Position numbers and translations under genes: made by a program. A DNA stretch of 64,000 nucleotides from Octopus vulgaris (lineage: Eukaryota). This document shows, one piece after another, positions 26,660-38,800 of this stretch. Each line of letters begins with the position of its first letter. Position 1 is the first letter of the stretch. The stretch lies in NCBI GenBank assembly GCA_951406725.2, contig OX597814.1, positions 64,480,001 through 64,544,000 on the forward strand, in the 5' to 3' direction. Under the pieces are notes generated by a model. That model was not told where the DNA came from, did not search any database, and saw only the letters and a program-made list of their open reading frames with translations.

Positions 26660-27200
26660 AACATTCTATCCATTCCAATTGTGAAGAAAAGAGGGGATGA
26701 AACCAATAAACTGTCCACAGTCTGTCTACCCTATGTGAATGACCTCTCCGAAAAGATACAAAAGATATGAGGCCCATATGACATCAATATAGTATTCAAG
26801 AGTAATACAACACTTCGCAAATATCTCCGAGTAAAACCACCAATAGAAGAGAATATGACCAAAGACTGCGTGTACTCCATCCCATGCAGCTGTGGTAGGT
26901 TATACAAAGGCGAAACATGCCGCTCCTTCAAAATAAGGGTAGACGAACATCGCAAAGCTGTGACACGAAGAGATATTGATAAATCGGGTATAGCTGATCA
27001 TGTATGGAAAAATGGAGATCACCTTCCCCTATGGGATGAAGTTAAAATAATAGGCAGAGAACACCACTGGAAAATACAAAAACTAAAAGAAGCAGCACAT
27101 ACACTATGACACAACGCCCTCCTAAGCAGACCTAGTGCAGATATGAGTAGCATAGGGAAATCGGTATTAAGGAAGGATAGGAAGATATTAGATTTACAAG
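26660..27200 (+). pseudogene. Penelope RT C-terminal linker plus GIY-YIG endonuclease remnant
   Basis: One frame reads VCLPYVNDLSEKIQKI*GPYDINIVFKSNTTLRKYLRVKPPIEENMTKDCVYSIPCSCGRLYKGETCRSFKIRVDEHRK...SGIADHVW...KLKEA; VY..YKG is the GIY-YIG signature with conserved R, EH and E; in-frame stops at 26768 and 27107. Confidence 0.9.
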
Positions 27201-27228
27201 CCCTAAAATTCACTCCATACTTGCCCAC

Positions 27229-27297
27229 GGGTATATGGCGTAGTAGTTAAGAGCGCGGGCTACTAACCCCAAAATTCCGAGTTCGTTTCCAGACCTG
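27229..27297 (+). ncRNA. tRNA-like Pol III promoter module inside the Penelope terminal repeat (not a functional tRNA gene)
   Basis: A-box tggcgtagtag (tggcgtaatgg in the left copy), anticodon-like arm ggg-ctactaa-ccc, B-box gagttcgtttcc (gtgttcgattcc in the left copy); acceptor stem is poor. Mirror copy at about 26590-26657 on the minus strand. Confidence 0.7.
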
Positions 27298-27366
27298 AAT
27301 AATAATAACAATAATAACATCGAAAAATATCTTAGAAATGAGAACCCAGGTTCGAAGTTTCCCCAA

Positions 27367-27412
27367 GACACCTGATGAAGGCTGGAGGGTATATCAGCCG
27401 AAACGTTGTGTT
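27367..27412 (+). ncRNA. Minimal type I hammerhead ribozyme with intact core
   Basis: Stem I GACAC/GUGUU, core CUGAUGA (27372-27378), stem II GGCUG/CAGCC, GAAA (27400-27403), palindromic loopless stem III AACGUU, predicted cleavage after GUU at 27407. Confidence 0.8.
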
Positions 27413-27909
27413 AACAACAAACACGATGAGGATAAATATTCATCAAATGTAAATAATGTTTATTATGGCAGTTTCAAAATATTTTCTATAACGGATCTCT
27501 GTTGAACAATTTCAGACGATTTTTTTTTCACTCGTTATTGTTATATACCATCAAAATAATAGCAAATGAACTCCCTTAAATTAAACCTTACCGTCTTAGA
27601 ATAGTGGCAAATGGCATATTTGTCCCAGGATACGCAGAACCAGCAAATAAAAGAAAAGGAAAATGAATTTCACAGCTGCAACATTTTTAATCAAATATCT
27701 GCTCGAAGAGTTGACTTTGGGCTAAACGAATACAACATTATCGTTAAAAGATTACTGAAAATTGTGGAAGAAATCAAATGGGTACATTCACTAGTTTCAG
27801 TTCAAACCGAACCGGTGGGAGCTTTTAAATAAGTAATTGCAATGACCGAATGATTGTTATGGTAAGTACTTAACTGATGATGTATGCCTAGTTAATCTGT
27901 GTCAAAAGT

Positions 27910-28580
27910 AAGGCGGTGTGCTGACAGAATAGCTAACATGCAGGGCAAAATGTATAGCGGCATTTCGTCCGCCTTTATGTTTTGAATTCAAAATCTACCG
28001 AGGATGACTTTGCATTTTCTCTTTTCGAGGCAGAGAAAATAAGTATCAGTCGAGCACGACTTACTCCGAAATTAATTGTGCCAACATTTGGAACCAATGT
28101 ATCTGGATAAGTAAGGCGGTGACCTTGCAGAATCATTACCGCGTAGGACAAAATGCTTAGCCGCATTTCTTCCGACTTTACTTTCTGAGTTCAAATGCCG
28201 CTGAGGTCGACTTTGCCTTCCATTCTGTCAGAGTCGATAAAATGAGTACCAGCTGAGCACTAGAACCGATGACATCGAACTAACCCTTCTCCCGAAATTG
28301 CTGAGCGTGTCCAAAATTTGAAACGAAATTTGTCGATAAGTTTATCCCTTTTCCAGTATTCATAGGACCATATTATCATTATTTTTATGAACGTGGTAAG
28401 CTAGTAGAATCGTTAGCATATCGGCAAAATGCTTAGCGGCATTTCGTTCGTCTTTGTGTTCTGAGTTCAAATTCCGCCGTGGTCGACTTTGCCTTTCATC
28501 CTTGCGAGGTCGATAAGATTTTATCGACCCTGAAATGATGCAATCGACTTATCCTTTCCCTTTGCGCCAAAATTTGAAAT
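27910..28580 (+). mobile_element. Three head-to-tail SINE family A copies
   Basis: Heads near 27910, 28112 and 28392, each with aaaatgcttagcggcatttc...ttctgagttcaaat-like sequence. Confidence 0.8.
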
Positions 28581-28650
28581 TATTATTATAATTTTTTTCG
28601 TCCTGTTAAGTGGAAGAAGAAATCTCCATGCAGATAAAATTAACAGAATA

Positions 28651-30341
28651 CACTGGGTAACAAAAAAAAAAAGTTATTATCTGCTACCCAGACAAATGGT
28701 GTTGTACGAAACTACATCGAGTACGCTGGTTCCGAATCTGATCTTGAGTTATGCGCATAATTATATATTTATATTATATAGGTATCAGAAATAGTTAAGT
28801 TCAAGATAAATAATTATTATAATAGTAAATTAGTACTGTATATAGTATATTTAAGTTCAAGTTAAATAATAATATGATATAACGGTACATAGTATGTTTA
28901 TGTGAAGGGAATACTCACTTTATTTTTTATATGCTCGGCTCAGAAATGTTTGAGACACTTGCTATTGCGCTTATGCGTCGTGCTGGTCTTTCGTTGTAGG
29001 AACCTGCAGCAGTCGCCCATCATGTATAGATTGAATCGGCCTTGATACCTCGTTTCCATCTCAGATATGTCCTAGTGGAACCTCTCACCATGCTAACAGC
29101 ACCAAGATTTGTTGGAAAAAGATCGAGATGAGAATGCAAGAAATGCATTTTAAGGGACTTTTGGCATCTCGTTTTTTCATACGTTGTTAGCGTGTTGTTT
29201 ATTAAATCAGGATAGTTTTCAGCTCTATGATTTCCAAGAAAGATCTGTACAACTAACACAAATGAATCCTATGCCATCAGCTCAACTGGATTCAGTTTAC
29301 CTCTGAATTTGCTATCAGACATCAATATTCTGATCTCGGGTCCAATGAAAATGCCTGCTTTCAGCTTTGCGTCACTTTTCTCTGCACCGCATTTTATTTT
29401 TACGTACTGGAAGCAATAATCATCGTGTGTCATTGCTTTTACGAATTTTTTCAAGAAGCCCAGTTTGATGTGAGGGGTGGAAGGAAGATCTTTTGCGGGT
29501 TTACCAGTGGCACATACTGCACTATGCGCTCATCTCTTTTAGGCCAGTCTTTTACAGTATAATGATTGCTGTCGTCGCGGCTGTCCCAAACATACAAAAA
29601 GCACATATTCTTGGTATATCCCAGCTGCACCACAATAATTCCACTGAGTAATTATCTCCTATCAGAATGAGTTCCATCGATTCATAATTTTTTCCATGCC
29701 GACAGCATGACCCACTGTAATGGAAGGTTTTTCATTACCATTATCGAACAACACAGCTTTGAGGCTAACCCTACTCGAGTCTACATGCAATTTCCATTCG
29801 TTAGCCACATGCACATGTCCTAGTTTTTGCATGTGTGTATTAACGTCAGTACAGAAACAAGCATTATTTTCTTGCTTGAAAAAGACAGATAAGCCTTCGT
29901 GGCGAGAAAGGAAAATGGAAATTTTCGTATCTTGCCGAAGGAGATTCCGTTGCTGTAGTCTGGATCCCAAAACTTCTGTCTTCTCTTTGACAATGCTAGG
30001 CCTCTTACTAAACTGTCCAAATCGTTTTTATTAAACACGCAAGGCTAATTTTTCTTAGACTCATCTACATACTCTTCGTCGACAGGAGAATCAGGGGGGT
30101 TCATCGTGCGATGCGTCAAGGTCTTCAAATGAATCATGTGAGAGGGGAATTGGGACAGGGTTCTCGGAGTTATGTGAGACCGGTTTTCGAGCCGACTTAC
30201 AATCTGCATATATAATTTTTGCTTTGGTCTTCTTAGAGAAACCACTAATATTAGGCATGCAAAAGTAACAATCAGAGACATGATGGCTCGCAACATACGG
30301 TTGGTACTGCAAAAGGCATTCCCTTCTGTTTTCCATTCAGC
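28651..30341 (-). mobile_element. Decayed DNA transposon, Chapaev3-like (CMC group), 5'-truncated
   Basis: Terminus cactgggtaacaaa at 28651. Frameshifted minus-strand peptides GMPFAVP, HVSDCYFC, EWKLHVDSSRVSLKAVLFDNGN, QLGYTKNMCFLYVWDSR, IFLPPL, AKLKAGIFIGPEIR, SLKMHFLHSHLDLFPTNLGAVS. Transposase nature is clear; superfamily name is from recall. Confidence 0.75.
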
Positions 30342-30977
30342 ATTAATGTATATTCAGAGTTTGTCTTAGCCCGTTTGCCCGCAGATGGTTAATTTCTGTG
30401 GTTATCATTGTCAGGTAGACATACTTAGTATGACCTTTGATTAATTTTAATACGCACACACGGACGCACGCGCGTGCATACACAAAACGTGCGCACGCGC
30501 ACACACACATATGTATATACATTGCACGTGTGTGTCTTTGTGTCTGTTTGTCTCCCATCACTGCTTTACAACTGGATTTGTTATGTTTATGTCCCTGTAA
30601 CTTAGTGGTTTAGTGAAAAAGGCCGAGAGAATATACAAGGCTTTAAAAATTAAGTACTGAGGTTGATTCATTCGACTAAAAAATTCTTCGAGGCCGTTCC
30701 TCAACATGGCCGCAGTCTAATCACAAAGAAAAGATAAATGATACGACGCATTCAGTTTCAGCTTAAAATTTGGTGGAATAAGCTTTGCCTCACATCTTCC
30801 CAATAACTTTGAATCAGTATTAGTCATATATTAGTTGCACAAATATATATGCACTAGCGTTGATAAGATAATAGGAGACAATTCGGGTGACCATCAGTTC
30901 GTAACCTGTTAACAACGCTACGTTTAGTCAGCTACGAAGATAATTAATGTTCAGATGGTGCTATCCACATGTATATA

Positions 30978-31191
30978 CAAAGGGGTGCTGAAAACTTCCT
31001 GGCTTTAAGGGTATCACGAAAGGTCTGGTTTGATGCCCAACCTTCCGAGTTCTTTTATAGGACTTAGAAAACAAAAGGATCGCTGCAATAAGTGTGTGAA
31101 TCTGAGAGCGGAATATGTTGAATAAAATCATAATTAGTTGATCCGCTGTATTTTTTTTACGCAGAGCCAAGAACTTTTCAGCACCCCCTCG
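30978..31191. mobile_element. Mariner-derived MITE
   Basis: TA|caaaggggtgctgaaaacttcctggct...agccaagaacttttcagcaccccctcg|TA TIRs; interior keeps a transposase C-terminal remnant (KCVNLRAEYVE*). Confidence 0.85.
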
Positions 31192-31496
31192 TAGATAAAG
31201 AAAATTCCTTGATGTGTAATTAGTGATTGATCCCTAGATTTTTTCCACCGACGGAAATAGTTACATTTCATGGGTTGGTTTTTTATACACGCAGACACTT
31301 ACCTATCCTTAACACCAGATTACAAACAAACCAATGGACTACAAATGAAGACGCCAGGGAAAAACTATCCAGTCTGTAGCAATATTACTGATAAATCTAT
31401 TCACGCAATTTGTCGGGAACCAAAACGACAATACACAATAAAGAGAAAGAAAAAAAAAAACAAGGGCGAAAGTAATGCATGTGAGAGTTAACTAAT

Positions 31497-31722
31497 CTTT
31501 TATCTTCCATCTTTGACTTGTTTCAGTCATTAGAGTGCAGCCATGCTGGTGCACCGTCTTGAAAATTGTTTAGTCGAATGAATCGACTCCTGTACTTTTT
31601 TTTAAAGCCTAGTATTTATTCCATCATTTTCTTTTACTGAATCGCTACCTTACGGGGACCTAAGCATTCCAACAACGGATGTCAAACGGCGGTGAGGAAC
31701 AAACACAGACACAAAGACACAA
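31497..31722 (-). mobile_element. SINE family B 3' half
   Basis: acttgtttcagtcattagagtgcagccatgctgg is the reverse complement of the family B tail; followed by (TCTA)n at 31735-31818. Confidence 0.75.
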
Positions 31723-31733
31723 TACACACACAC

Positions 31734-31819
<86 letters not shown>

Positions 31820-31850
31820 ATGTATGTAAATATATATATATATATATAAT

Positions 31851-31953
31851 ATGTTACATTACTCGATAGTCAAGATAAAACTCTGAGTTTCAGATGCCGA
31901 AGTGGGAATCCACAACGCCAGAGTTTTATCTTGACTATCGAGTAATGTAACAT
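31851..31953. repeat. Perfect 35-bp inverted repeat with 33-nt loop
   Basis: atgttacattactcgatagtcaagataaaactctg (31851-31885) and its exact reverse complement (31919-31953). Confidence 0.95.
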
Positions 31954-32051
31954 TATTTTTATAGATAAATTTCCTCTATTTACATAATATTGAGGTCTCT
32001 TTCTTTCTTTGTTATCTTACCGTTTTACCAATATATATATGTATATATACA

Positions 32052-32541
32052 CTAGCAGTATCACCCGGTGTTGCTTGGGTTTGTTTCGACCCTTTTGAAT
32101 TGGAATTTTTGAAAAGTAAAAATTTTGCATTATGCAACTTGTTATTCTCTTCAAGTGAATACACCGAAAAATGGTGACACAGCAGTCAAAAATCGTAAAA
32201 AATAGGGATTTTCATAGAAAAAAAGCACCTTTTTGATGTAAATAATTTTTGGTGTTAACATGGTCCGATTTGAATTTTATCTTCTACTGAATGAAGAGCA
32301 AGCCTTCTTCTATCATACTCTCAATTTTGGTCAACTTGCGCTGCAGGGTCTCGGAGGAGATAGTGTTAGTTGAAGGCTACCAAACCTGCCACACACAGAC
32401 AACTTCAGCTTTATATATATAGATTTGCTACACACTACTTTCCATCCTTAATAATGAAACTTGGTAGATCCAAAAGTTAAACACACAGACACACACACAG
32501 ATACACACACAGACACATAAGTTGAGTTTTATATATATAGA
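32052..32541 (-). mobile_element. Non-autonomous Helitron-like element(s) with two stacked 5' ends
   Basis: Minus-strand 5' ends A|TCTATATATATAAA at 32423 and 32541; 3' end with subterminal GC-rich hairpin-like cccaagcaacaccggg and CTAG|T at 32052. A related segment continues to about 33150. Confidence 0.7.
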
Positions 32542-33088
32542 TTTCTCAACGGAGATTTCAGGGGAGAGTTTCAGGGAGTCGCTGGCAATGTATCGTGATG
32601 ATCAAAAATCCGGCCTGCTAAAATTTGGTTAAAGTGATTCAAACTGCAGACTCAACACAAAATGGTCACATTTAATTCAAAGCGTTAAAAATGTTATGAA
32701 AACAATTGGTATGTGTTCACAAAGTCCAAACGATTAATACGAAAAACCCTCCAGGCTACATCCCGAAAATTCATTTCTTTGCTGAATTTCTACAATGTTT
32801 ACGGCGATTCGTTTTTGTATCTTGATTTTTTTATTTTTCATGCAATTTACGCATGCTTGCACGCGTGGTGAACACAGTTCACGTCAAACAGCTGACTATT
32901 CAATGCATTGAATAAGGCCTAAACAAACACATTATCGATTTTTGCACTTGCGAGATGAATTTCGGAACAGAAATAGCGCAGTTCAATTTTCATTCGTCTA
33001 AACTTTAAGTGACCCATTTTTGGTGGTTCTACGATTTGTTGGCTTGGAGGAGATGTGCCGGGAAGTTAAACACACAGACACACACACA

Positions 33089-33212
<124 letters not shown>

Positions 33213-33715
33213 CATATATATACATACCTACAAACACGACGGGCTGCTTTCAGTTTCCGTCTGCCGAATCGACTCACAAGAGTTTGGGCATTCCGAGGCT
33301 ATAGTAGAAGACACCTGTCCAAGGTACCACCCAGTGAGACTGAAACCGGATCCATGTACACATGTTAACGTTTCTTTAGGACCTTCTACATATATTGATA
33401 CGACTTAAAGAAAGTTTGAAATCATGTATTAAACCTGAGTGATAATTATTTCATTTCATTTTTTTATATGATGTTTTATTTGAAACGTGTTTTGCTTGTT
33501 ATGATACTTGTGAAAGAAGTAAGACGTTCACATACAGTATACAGGTCATTCTCTGTCATCGACTCACTTTCCCCACCTCCTTCTACAAGAGACACTCCGT
33601 TTTCATATTTAGTTATTGAAGTTTTTGACCACTCCTTGAGTGAGATGACGCCACTAGAAGCAAAGAGCCTCAAGAGATTGAAAGAGGCTCAGATTCACCA
33701 CATTCATCTCTCCCT

Positions 33716-33783
<68 letters not shown>

Positions 33784-34211
33784 TTTTTTTCATTCTTTTT
33801 TTTCTTTCGTGCGTTCGTTACTGTTTTCATCTTTCTTGAACATTTATTTTCATTTTCTTTCTGTTTTTCTTTTTTATTCTTTTATATATGTGTAGTACTT
33901 ACTTTTATATACTCCTTAGTACCTACTTTGCTTGAGTCTGAAATCCAATGGAAAGATTGTTTTCTATATTGAGAAATTTGCGGAATAAAATTAGGATGAA
34001 AGAGGATACATACATGCATACGAACATACATATGTGCATGTGTGCATACATATATTAATACATATATAGAATCATAAGGACGTGCATATATAGAACCATA
34101 CACACATAAATGAATAAACGCTTGTATGATTATATATGTGTATGCATGCATATTTAAATATATGAAAACGCAAGTGTATACACATAAATAAATATTTACG
34201 CGCATACGTTT

Positions 34212-34640
34212 AAGGCGGTGGGGTGGCAGAGGTGTTAGCACGCCGGGAAAAATAAGCGACATTTCGTCCGTCTCCTCGTTCTGAGGACAAATTTCGCTGA
34301 GGTCGACTTTACCTCTCTTTCGGGTCAATAAAATAAGCACCAGTTGAGTACTGAGGTCCATGTAATCGACTTCCTTCTCTCACTTAAAAACTGCTGGCTC
34401 TGTGTCAAAATTTGAAACCATTACGTAAACGATAGCAAAGCAACGATTTGGCGGAACCGTTAGAGAGTCGGACAAGACGCTTAGCGGAATTTTTTCCGAT
34501 TTTATGTTTTCTGAGCTTAAATGCTGCCCAGGCCGACTTTACCTTTCATCTTTTCGTGTTCGATAAAATAAACACCGGTTGAATACTAGGGTCGATGTAA
34601 TCGACTAACCGCCTTCTTCAAAATTTCAGGTCGTGTGGTT
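34212..34640 (+). mobile_element. Two tandem SINE family A copies
   Basis: aaggcggtggggtggcagaggtgttagcacgccggg head near 34212 and a second head near 34440. Confidence 0.8.
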
Positions 34641-34902
34641 ATGAGAACAACTGAGTCGTTGGTAACAATGTTTCAAACGTGTCACTCGCCGCTTCACTAC
34701 ATTAACTGTAATGAGAGGATTAGAAAAAAAAAGTGGCGAGGGACGTCTGTGTAACTCGAGTGAAATACTATAAATTATGTTAATTCAAAACCATCTGGAT
34801 TTAGTTTACTCCTCGATTTCTACATCTTTTTGCGCATACATCGGAAAAGATGCAATCACACGCACGCACGTACGCACGCGCGCACGCGCGCACACACACA
34901 CA

Positions 34903-34947
<45 letters not shown>

Positions 34948-35608
34948 TAGGCTAGGGCATGGTTTGCATCTAAGAAATTCCACTTATAATCAAGTCGAGG
35001 AAAATGCACATGCTGAAATTGCGGTACAGTAGGATTGAATATGAAACCACATGGTTGCAAAATGAAATTCTTCACCACACAACCATGCCTGTATCTAATA
35101 GTTTAAATGCTTCTAGCTGGGAACGTCCAATCAACATTGCTTTCTTCAACACCTTGAAACAGTACCCTTTCCTCTTGCAATACCGGTTAACAATGCTTCG
35201 AAATAATAATAAGGTTTTTATTCATTTCTTTTTTCTTTTCTTTTTTTTTTTAGTAAGTGAGGGCCATACTGCTGCACGATATTCATTCCATTATTGATAC
35301 TGATATCGTAATAAACAGGTGCAGGTGTAACTATTTTAACATGCAGTACCCCACCAAAAATTTGTAACGAAAGAGATTAAGGCCTGTTTCAACCATGAGA
35401 CATTTAAGGCAGCCACTTAAAGAAGTACACTAACCATAAGTGACAGCTATGCGACTTAGGTCTTTCTTTTTCTTTTTTTTTAAATGATGGTTCATTTGTG
35501 AACGTTTATATATTTTATTGCTTTCTTTGTCACAGCATTTATAAGTAAAAACGTTCACACACAGGTCATAACCTCCTCCTCCTCCTTCGTCGTCGTCGTC
35601 ATAATCAC

Positions 35609-35713
35609 CTTCTTCTTCTTCTTCTTCTTCTTCTTCTTCTTCTTCTTCTTCTTCTTCTTCTTCTTCTTCTTCTTCTTCTTCTTCTTCTTCTTCTTCTTCT
35701 TCTTCTTCTTCTT

Positions 35714-35781
<68 letters not shown>
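35609..35781. repeat. (TTC)n + (CTA)n compound microsatellite
   Basis: Direct inspection; similar (TTC)n arrays at 52802-52887 and 53135-53237. Confidence 0.95.
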
Positions 35782-35782
<1 letters not shown>

Positions 35783-37439
35783 TCCTGCTTGTTTCTCCTC
35801 CACTTGTACATTCGTGCACGTATATACAGAGATGAAATTAAAAAAAAATAGTTGATAAAAAGCCATTAAATCCACTTGCAGAAAACGACAAGAACCTCAT
35901 TATCATCATCCCAAACAAGAGCAGCACAACCAAACAACAACATCCACACTACCAGCACCCGCAACGCCACGAATACCAACAAAAATAAGCAAATAAAAAT
36001 AACAAAAAGTACTCACCGATAATCTATACCTCAGAATGCACTCAACAAACTTTTCAAGTAATTATAAAAAGCGTAGATATTCAATTTTGAAAAAGTCAAG
36101 TGATATTCTGCTTAATTGTTGGAAAACATTTTAAAAGAAACCCTTGAACAAATTCGAAAACAAGAAAAAAGAAGCAGAAAATATACCATCAACAGAAAAA
36201 TGTCAATAAAGATTAACTAAAAATGTGTTTTGAGATAATTTTTCCCTTCACAATTATGAGAGAAAATAACAAGCAAATTATGTATAACCACACCTGAAAT
36301 GGCATTGCTCATCTTACATAGAACTACACACCCCAACATTTTCACATTTGCTAATGGTTAAAAGATATTTCATCAGACGAGTTATCCTCTTCTTCGTAGA
36401 ATCATAGGCACATACATCTACTCACACCCGCATATGTATGTATATAACTTACATAATACACTCACATACAATTACTACGCAGCCTTCTGGGATAATGTGA
36501 AATGTACAGAAAAGAGATATAACTTTCATGATAGAAATACAATATCAGCCTTGCTGTTAAGAGTAAACAAGGTGGTTACAGTATAAGATCTTTTTTTGTC
36601 TGTGGACAGAAAACTGGGACTCATCTAAATGGTTTCTAGTCTTCTTAAATCTTCATCAACAATAAATACTCATTTTCTGTCAACGTAGAGTATTTTCATA
36701 AAATCTGAGGCATAAAAATCAAAATCTGTCAAAGAGCAGATGAAACCAGGAGAGTCAGTGATATATATATTCCTGTCTAGATTACAACTGCCCGACGAAC
36801 GGAAACGTAAAATTCTGAGTAACAGTTTTTTTTATGATGTCTTCGTAGCTTTAATAAAAAAGCATATTAGTCTATCTTCGGTATTCGAGTACTATTTTTT
36901 CCACCTTGTTTTGCATTTATCTGCTAACTTGTGTATTATATGAGTTTTCATAGGTAAGAGAAAATAATAGGCATTGCTAGGCACCCGGTTTTAAGCACCA
37001 TAAATCAGATGCTATGGTTATATATATGCAAGTATGTATTTATGAGTGCCGTTGTGAATGTGTCTGTATCTTTATGCCTGTGTGCGATTGTGGTGCCCAT
37101 GAGTGAAAGTATGTGTATGTATGTATATGTTCACACGCGCGCGAAACACACTCGGATACATTCATACAGACAGCTGATTTTAATTGATAGATATCTTCTT
37201 GGTCCCAATAATTGGGCGGCAGATATACTTGGGTAAAGACTTCGGGATCCTATACAGCATCATCTCATTCTATCAATCTTAAAATACTTTCAAACCTATT
37301 ATATTCATCTTAATTAATCAATTTCATAATTCATATTGCATAGAGGGACATAAGGTAATAACTCATTTGTCTTTGCAGTACCGACTTATGCAGATTTCAA
37401 ACCATACACTCACACGTTCAAACACACATATACGCAGAT

Positions 37440-37501
<62 letters not shown>

Positions 37502-37934
37502 ACACACACACGCACACGCACACGCACGCGCACACAAGGAACATATGTATCTGCATATGTGTATATGCATGCATGTATGTGTTCATGTATGTATATTATA
37601 CATACATGTGTGTATGTGTGTGTGAGTAGGTGGAACTGTGTGGCAAGAAGTTTGTTTATGAACCACACGATTCTGGGTTTAGTCTCACGGCGTGGCACCT
37701 GGGACAAGTGTCTTCTACTACAACACCGGGCCGACCAAAGCTTTGGGAACGTATTTGGTAGAGGGGAAACCAAAAGAAGTTCGTCATACACACATACAAA
37801 CCCACAAACACACAGAAACACATACAGACTCACAAACACACATATGCATGTGTGTGTGTGTATATATATATATATATTACGTGGACATCAAAGAAGATAT
37901 AATACTGGCTATAAATTAGGTAGACACAAACTCA

Positions 37935-38800
37935 GCTGCTAGCCTTAATGAATTCCCAGCAATCCTTCCCAAATCATGCAAATGAACCCTCGCAAAATCT
38001 CAACAGCATCTCTTTCAGAGTCGTAAGTGATAAGATCCCTGGCAAATTTAAGAAGGTAATAATAAAGTCTATATTTAAAGGAGGAAGCAAAGCAGATGCT
38101 TAAACCTCAGCAAAGACCTCGTAGAAGCTGCTCGACTTAGCTCAATTCTCGACTTCACAAAATCATCTGATAAAATCGTCTATAGTATGATATCTAACAA
38201 GCAACGGGATCTCGGCATGGGAAAACTTGGAGAGTGGCTACATGACATTTCAAAACATAGAAACAAGGTAGTAATAACCAACGGTTCCAATGGAGAGCAA
38301 ATAATGAGGGGGTTTCTCACAGAACACTGTTTTGGGGACACTGCCATTCATAGTGGCCCACCCAGAAATTCTCTCAGCTGCTCAGACAGCCACCCTTGCT
38401 AGTTATGCAGACTATACAAAATTCTCTCAGTCGGCAGGAAAGCTACGCAGTGATATACATCTGTAAAATCCGAGGACTTGTACCAAACTTAGTCATTGAA
38501 AGTTGAACAAGCAACAGAACGGGGTGTCATAGCATAGTGGCAAATATTCCAACATTGTCAACAGGATACAGGACCAGATACTACAACAGCTTGAGATTAG
38601 AAGGTCCACGGTTCTTCAATATCCTCTAAAAAGCCTGAGAGATCTACATGGACGTAAGAATCTTCAGATCAAAACTGGATTTCCTCTTGTCAAGAGTTCT
38701 GGATCAGCCTATCTCGCGGCAGGAAACGCAGATGAAACTCCCCCGTTCACATATCGGATGAGGTTTTAGGTAGTGAAAGTGTAGCAAAGTTAACAGCGGT
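37935..38800 (+). mobile_element. Decayed LINE (CR1/L2 group) RT fragment
   Basis: Fragments IFKGGSKADA, LDFTKSSDKIVYSMISNKQRDLGMGKLGEWLHD, SYADYTK (YADD-like) and KLDFLLSRVLDQP in collinear order with deletions. Confidence 0.75.

Larger units (their letters stand above)
26326..27460 (+). mobile_element. 5'-truncated Penelope-like retroelement with inverted terminal repeats
   Basis: 10-bp direct repeat TATTATGGCA at 26316-26325 and 27461-27470 (TSD); inverted arms about 26370-26657 and 27236-27459; coding remnant between them. Confidence 0.9.

Noticed and set aside
27229-27297. Functional tRNA gene
   Set aside because: Acceptor and T stems do not pair well and it lies within a retroelement repeat; SINE heads elsewhere are rejected as tRNA genes for the same reason.
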